The translations under genes and the position numbers were made by a program. Of a stretch of DNA of 64,000 bases, positions 57,613 through 64,000 are shown in pieces. The notes beneath the pieces are model-generated. The model did no database searches and was not told the DNA's origin. It saw only the letters and a list, made by a program, of their open reading frames with translations. The stretch's first letter is position 1. Each line of letters opens with the position of its first letter. The stretch spans positions 5,146,001 through 5,210,000 of the forward strand of contig OX597831.1 in NCBI GenBank assembly GCA_951406725.2. The letters are read 5' to 3'. This stretch comes from Octopus vulgaris. Taxonomy: Eukaryota.

Positions 57613-57955
57613 AATGAACGAAATAATAACAGACGACGGATAACTGTCAGCTCGTTACGACTGTTTCTTAGGCATTTTTAATAGAAGAATGAGAATATTA
57701 CTTTATTGCGAAACACCGTAATCATCGGATGAAACGTAATTTCACAAACAAAGGAATATCCCGTGGCTACAGCAAAGCCGTGACTGTTGTCCAGGATAGC
57801 TAACCCTGTCCCTGTCGTATTGGAATATGCATTTGCTAGTAAAATTACGTTTCATCTGATGATTACGGTGCTCCGCAATGAAGCAATGTTCTCATTTTTC
57901 TGTTAAGAAACAGCTGAAATGAGCTGACGATTATCCATCGTCTGTTAATATTCAT
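57613..57955. repeat. Diverged ~130-bp inverted repeat
   Basis: ACCGTAATCATCGGATGAAACGTAATTT versus AAATTACGTTTCATCTGATGATTACGGT, with flanking similarity. Confidence 0.75.
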
Positions 57956-57958
57956 TTG

Positions 57959-58000
<42 letters not shown>

Positions 58001-58002
<2 letters not shown>

Positions 58003-58947
58003 TAAACAGTAAAAATAATTAGACATGGACAAGAACATGAAACACCACAGAGACGACACAAGAACCACAGGACGGGACATTCGAAGCCCTCAGTCATCAG
58101 TCAAGAACCAGATCATCTTAGCAATTTCGGCTGATTAATCTTGAGATTGCTCCGATATGGCCAGCCAGCCAAGGGAAATCTAAGCCAAGCGCATTAGATC
58201 CCCTGGAAGAAAGCTTCGAATGTATACAACACGAGGACGGAAAACGAACGAAGTACACGAACAAAAATACAGAATACGTGACACCAATAAGAATACAAAA
58301 ACGTAAAAACAATAACGGTAAAAATAAAAAATAAACAACAAAACAAAACCAGGACGTAGGACAAGGGTCTTTCGACAGGACGAGTTAAGTATGGGGCTGG
58401 CTTGTGAAGTTGTGCCTAATGGCCGCGGGGAGACGAACAAGTACGTGTTGCTTCTGCGACTGCTGAAACGAAAAGAGCGCTCAACAGCGGCTAGCGGTCA
58501 CGTGAGAACAAAAGACAGGAGAAAGGGACAGATGAAAAGAGAGAGAAGGTGGACGAGGGAGGAGAAGAAAGAGACAGATCGAGGGGGCTGGAGGTGAGAG
58601 AGATGGAGAAACGTAGAAGGAGGGGGAAGACGGATGGAGAGGGAAAGAAAGGAAGGGGAATAAGGGAGAGAGAGAGAGAGAAAGAGACAGATTAAGAGTC
58701 GTATCAATGTTAGAGAAAAAATATACTTATCGTATAAGGACAATTGTGGATACGTAGCCGCCGATTATATAGGTAAACAGTAAAAATAATTAGACATGGA
58801 CAAGAACATGAAACACCACAGAGACGACACAAGAACCACAGGACGGGACATTCGAAGCCCTCAGTCATCAGTCAAGAACCAGATCATCTTAGCAATTTCG
58901 GCTGATTAATCTTGAGATTGCTCCGATATGGCCAGCCAGCCAAGGGA
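58001..58947 (-). mobile_element. TA-inserted non-coding element with a 771-bp unit and ~176-bp terminal direct repeat (pLTR-like)
   Basis: GGTAAACAGTAAAAATAATTAGAC... at 58001 and 58772; same terminus at 43947 and, inverted, at ~44980-45020. Confidence 0.75.
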
Positions 58948-59081
58948 ATATACGGATTACAAATTCTGTTTGTTTGTGGAGACTTATTTTTCTAGTAGTA
59001 GTAATGGTAACCTATTTGGCTGCTATTTCTAATATTTTCAGTATGTGGTTTAAGCAATTTGTTGCAATTAACCCTATATTA

Positions 59082-59165
<84 letters not shown>

Positions 59166-59300
59166 CATGTATGTATAATTTACAAGATAAGGGCAGAAGA
59201 AAAATTCTAATGCCAGATACGCCGAAACAAAAAATTGTCGATAACCATTAAATTTATGCGTCTCGAAACAAACCGATAGAAATCTCTAAAAAATTCGTTA

Positions 59301-59361
59301 TTACCGTATTGGTCCAATTTCGGGGTTAATTCACAAGAAATTTTCCCCTCTTCAGCGGCAA
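59301..59361 (-). ncRNA. Canonical type I hammerhead ribozyme in a TA-flanked element (~59178-59497)
   Basis: Minus strand UUGCCG-CUGAAGA-GGGG(AAAAUUUCUUGUGAAUUAA)CCCC-GAAA-UUG-GAC-CAA-UA-CGGUAA. All core nucleotides intact; stem I 6 bp; palindromic stem III; AUA cleavage triplet. Confidence 0.82.
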
Positions 59362-59495
59362 ATACGCGAGATATAAATGAAATACTTACTCATACCCATG
59401 GAAGAAGCAAGCACCAAATTTTACCTTTAAAGGTATTTTTTGATATGCTGGCCATTGATAAAACTTTTTTCCCGAAAAGATTTTTACCCTATATC

Positions 59496-59554
<59 letters not shown>

Positions 59555-60294
59555 GGTATGTATGTATGTATGTATGTATGTATGTATGTATGTATGTATG
59601 TATATAAGCATATGCACAGGTGTCTGCATGCGTATACACGTGTCTACACACACTCTCACATGCACACATACACACAGACACGCATACACACACATACACA
59701 CACACACACACAATGTATATCTATAAAAAGAGATTCTCTTTGTAATAACAACCAAACGTCTTTGAAAGCAAACGTATATTTTGGACAATGGAATCGAAGT
59801 TAGACTATTCCTGAAAAAAATGACACACACACACACACACACAAACCGACTGAATGGTCATTGTTGGATTGTCTGTGATGACCGACTTAGTGGATTTAAG
59901 GTGAAAGTTCGGTGCCAGGATCTAAAAAAACGCCATGACCAATAAACCGATGCAATTTGAACGGCGGCGAGTTGATAAGAGTTAATGAATCGTCAAGAAT
60001 GGCCAAATATTTATATGACGTGGCTTTAGTTTAAACATGATCGACGGACATTGATAGTGATCTGAGGAATGAAGAAGGGCAGGTGGGGGGGCAGTGGAAG
60101 GAGGCTGGCCTGCTGAGGAATGGTGGGGATTTATTTTGGGGCAGGAGAGGAAACCGAGAATTGGGTAGGGGTTGCTGACGATGCTTTGTATGTCTGGCTA
60201 TCTGTTTTGATTGAAGGATTAAGACAGGAATCAGTTATGGCCGTTTAAGGAAGGATAATTAAGGAGTTGAAGAAAGAAATAGAGAAGAGGACAG

Positions 60295-61113
60295 GAGGAG
60301 AGAGAGGGTGGAGCGAGAATAGGGGGAGAGACGAAGGAGAATAGGAGAGAGAGAGAGGGAGAATAGGAGAGGAAGAAAGGAGGGAGAGATGGTTGGAGAA
60401 TAGGAGAAAGAGAGAAAGAGAGTGAGAGAGAGAGGGAAAATAGGAGAGGAAGAAAGGAGGGAGAGATGGAGGGAGAATAGGAGAGAGAGAGAAAGAGAGG
60501 GAGAGGGAAAGGGAGAATAGGAGAGGAAGAAAGGAGGGAGAGATGGAGGGAGAATAGGAGAGAGAGAAAGAGAGTGAGAGAGAGAGGGAGAATAGGAGAG
60601 GAAGAAAGGAGGGAGAGATGGAGGGAGAATAGGAGAGAGAGAGAAAGAGAGTGAGAGAGAGAGGGAAAATAGGAGAGGAAGAAAGGAGGGAGAGATAAAG
60701 GGAGAATAGGAGAGAGAGAGAAAGAGAGTGAGAGAGAGAGGGAGAATAGGAGAGGAAGAAAGGAGGGAGAGATGGAGGGAGAATAGGAGAGAGAGAAAGC
60801 GAGTGAGAGAGAGAGGGAGAATAGGAGAGGAAGAAAGGAGGGAGAGATGGAGGGAGAATAGGAGAGAGAGAGAAAGAGAGTGAGAGAGAGAGGGAGAATA
60901 GGAGAGGAAGAAAGGAGGGAGAGATGGAGGGAGAATAGGAGAGAGAGAGAAAGGAGAGTAGCGAGAGGGGGAGGCAGTGTGTGTATGGGTGGGGAGTTAG
61001 GGAAAGAGAAAGAGAGAGAGAGAGGAGGCAGAGACAGATAGGGAAAAGTTAAAGAGATAAGTAAGAAGAGAGAGCGAGAGGGAGCGAGATGATGCAGAGG
61101 GGTGGAGGAAGAG
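60295..61113. repeat. Polypurine minisatellite (~60-bp unit) running into the assembly gap
   Basis: Repeated GAGAATAGGAGAGGAAGAAAGGAGGGAGAGATGGAGG. Confidence 0.9.
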
Positions 61114-61213
61114 NNNNNNNNNNNNNNNNNNNNNNNNNNNNNNNNNNNNNNNNNNNNNNNNNNNNNNNNNNNNNNNNNNNNNNNNNNNNNNNNNNNNNNN
61201 NNNNNNNNNNNNN
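61114..61213. other. Assembly gap (100 N)
   Basis: Direct reading. Confidence 1.
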
Positions 61214-61771
61214 GTAGATAACGATACATCTACACGTTTATATATATGCGGTGAGTCGAAACAGAGGCAGCTGAAGAAGGGGAATGTTCCCTCTGTTGTT
61301 TGTATTGTACTCTGTTTTTTCGCTGTTAAAAAAAGTCCGTTTCCTTTTTTGGTTTTATGTTTTCGTTTCTCGTTGTGTTCTACGTTTATTTGTGGTGTCC
61401 TCTACTCATATATGCATGTATATATACATATAGATGTAGGTATGTACATACATGTATGTATGTATGTATGCATATGTTTTATTTATTAAATTGTTATTAT
61501 ATATACATGTATATATACATACATACATATATATAAAATGATACATTTCTTCGTTTACCATTTCTGTGTTTTTTTTATCTCCGTCCTTGTTTTCGTATAC
61601 ATTCGCTGCTTTCTTCCAAGGAACGTAATGCTCTTAGCTTATTTTTCCTTGGGGCTCGCCAGATTGGAGCAATCTCGAGTATAACCAGCCGAAATTGCAA
61701 AGATAATCTGGAACTCGACTAAGGATAGAAAACTCCGAATGACCCCTCCTTGTTTTCTTTGTGTATATATA

Positions 61772-61825
<54 letters not shown>

Positions 61826-61829
61826 AATA

Positions 61830-61860
<31 letters not shown>

Positions 61861-62031
61861 GTATATATATATATATATATATATGTATATGTATATATAT
61901 GTATATATATATATACATATACATATATATATAGTTAATCCACACAAGAAAGCACACAAAAACACAACAACGCGAGGACGTGGAACAAATATAGTATTAT
62001 TGGACGCTCAGGAAAGAAGGAAAGAAGGAGG

Positions 62032-62066
62032 GTTTAACGTTTCGAGCGGAGCTCTTCGTCGGAAAC
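62032..62066 (-). ncRNA. Minimal Penelope-type hammerhead (U4C variant) in a TA-flanked element (~61933-62140)
   Basis: Minus strand GUUU-CCGACGA-A-GAGC-UCC-GCUC-GAA-ACGU-U-AAAC; palindromic ACGU stem III; element homologous to 34345-34540. Confidence 0.6.
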
Positions 62067-62873
62067 ATAGGACAAGGAAAGATCCAGGGAAGGAAAGACA
62101 GAGGAAAAAAAATCGCCAACGGTACACACGAGGTCACATTATATATATATATATATATATACATACATACATACCTACGGATATCCAAAAATAAATGCAC
62201 ATATATGCTTATACTCACACAGTGTGTCTGTGTATGTCGATATACTGTTTTTTTTCATGCAGTATATAGCTTGATTATATTTTCAAATGCCAGTTCGTAT
62301 TAGCTGTGCTTGCGAATGTGTGTATGTATGCATGTATGTGTCTGTGGTTGTGTGTGAAGTATTTGTGAAGGAACAGGAGGAGGAGGAAGAGGAGAAGGTA
62401 GGATGGTTTTAAAAGAATTGAGCGGGAAATTGATCGTTATTAATTGTATTGTCAACCGACGCTGACAGCGCGCGCCGTCACCTCTACCACCACAACCACC
62501 ACCACGGCAACTACCAACGTACCATCATCTTCACAGTTATAAACATTTCCACCACCACCATCACCACCACCATCATCATCAACATCATCATCATCAACAG
62601 CAACAATAAAAGGCCTAGTTCTGGAGATTTCATACATTTTGCTCAAAACAATATCTACATACCACACACATATACACAAGCATACATACATATACATGAC
62701 ATAAATGTACACAAATACACCCACCTAGACACTCACACACATGTATATATGGCTGTCACGTGTTAGGTAACAAGGATTAGGCTTTGGAATTTCCATCGTT
62801 TATTTCCAATTTCTTTATTAATCGTAATAATTCATTAACGCAATCTAAATCAATTTGTGTTTAATTGCTGTAT

Positions 62874-63260
62874 GGAGGCGCAATGGCCCAGTGGTTAGGG
62901 CAGGGGACTCGCGGTCGTAGGATCGCGGTTTCGATTCCCAGACCGGGCGTTGTGAGTGTTTATTGAGCGAAAACACCTAAAGCTCCACGAGGCTCCGGCA
63001 GGGATGGTGGTGATCCCTGCTGTACTCTTTCACCACAACTTTCTCTCACTCTTACTTCCTGTTTCTGTTGTGCCTGTATTTCAAAGGGCCGGCCTTGTCA
63101 CTCTCTGTGTCACACTGAATATCCCCGAGAACTACGTTAAGGGTACACGTGTCTGTGGAGTGCTCAGCCACTTACACGTTAATTTCACGAGCAGGCTGTT
63201 CCGTTGATCGGATCAACCGGAACCCTCGTCATCGGAACCGGCAGAGTGCTTCCCAAAACA
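62874..63260 (+). mobile_element. Full-length SINE family C with 11-bp TSD
   Basis: A box TGGCCCAGTGG, B box GGTTTCGATTCC; TSD AATTGCTGTAT at 62863-62873 and 63261-63271. Confidence 0.9.
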
Positions 63261-63306
63261 AATTGCTGTATAAAAAGTTTTTCCGAAGATGTGTGTGTAT
63301 TTATTT

Positions 63307-63357
<51 letters not shown>

Positions 63358-63387
63358 TACGTGTGTGTATGCGTGTGTGTGTGTCTG

Positions 63388-63541
63388 TGTGGCTGTGAGG
63401 TAAGTCGCTTGCTTACCAGCCACAGGTTCCTGGGTTCAGTCCCACCGCGTGGCACTTTGGGCAAGTGTCTTCTACTATAGCCTCGGGCACACCAAAGCCT
63501 TTTGAGTGGATTTGATAGACGGAAACTGAAAAAAGCCCGTC

Positions 63542-63619
<78 letters not shown>

Positions 63620-63857
63620 ATGGATGGATGTGTAAATGTTTGTGTCTGTGTTTCCCGCCCCACCAACATCGCTTGGCAACCATTGATGGTGTGTTTACGT
63701 CCCCGTAATCAAGTGGTTCGGCAAAAAAAAAAACCGATAGAATAAATACCAGGCTTACAAAGAATAACTCCTGGGGTCCATTTGCTCGACTACATGCGGT
63801 GCTCCAGCATGGCCGCAGTCAAATGAGAGAGACCAGTAATAGAATAAATGAGTAAAA
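63388..63857 (+). mobile_element. SINE family A
   Basis: Head, CORE-like CTTTGGGCAAGTGTCTTC, central TA/TG, tail GGTGCTCCAGCATGGCCGCAG. Confidence 0.87.
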
Positions 63858-64000
63858 CAATATATATATATATATATAGGTAAATATCAGACAATGAGAT
63901 TGCGTGCTCACAGTGGAGAAAGACAGTTTTCTTCGAAATTTCGACAAGATAAGCCATCGTCGATCAGCCGATCATGGCTTCACTCACCGAAACTTCGAAG

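Noticed and set aside
57856-57895. Hammerhead at CTGATGATTACGG...CCGCAATGAAGC
   Set aside because: Core GAAA broken and no stem I; only the inverted repeat is supported.
61255-61300. Hammerhead at CTGAAGAAGGGGAATGTTCCC (also 56663)
   Set aside because: No GAAA after the stem II-like hairpin and no consistent stems I and III.
62874-62950. tRNA gene
   Set aside because: A/B boxes are present but the cloverleaf is imperfect, and the sequence continues into a SINE body with a TSD.

Overview
Eukaryotic, intron- and repeat-rich animal DNA. Dense (TA)n/(CA)n/(TACA)n/(TAA)n microsatellites and the SINE families present suggest an octopus/cephalopod genome (inference, not verified). The only host gene I can support is the last coding exon of an Nkx6/HGTX-type homeobox gene (4173-4343, +). 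The rest is its intron and downstream intergenic space, filled with four tRNA-headed SINE families (labelled A-D here), RTE and R4/Dong-type LINE fragments, a Penelope-like RT, Tc1/mariner fossils, a non-autonomous Helitron, minisatellites and one 100-N gap. Nearly all ORFs in the supplied track are microsatellite read-outs. The most notable signal is a set of short non-coding elements inserted in (TA)n that carry type I hammerhead ribozyme folds (19614-19689, 20590-20665, 59301-59361; degenerate at 34436-34471 and 62032-62066). In the 546-bp tandem element at 19348-20800 the repeat stops at the predicted self-cleavage site and folds back into a 635-bp inverted copy. This points to a retrozyme/Penelope-parasite system. 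Also notable: one SINE head carrying four different tails, and SINE B arrays that look like insertion into the family's own head. All structure and family calls were made by eye, without database searches.
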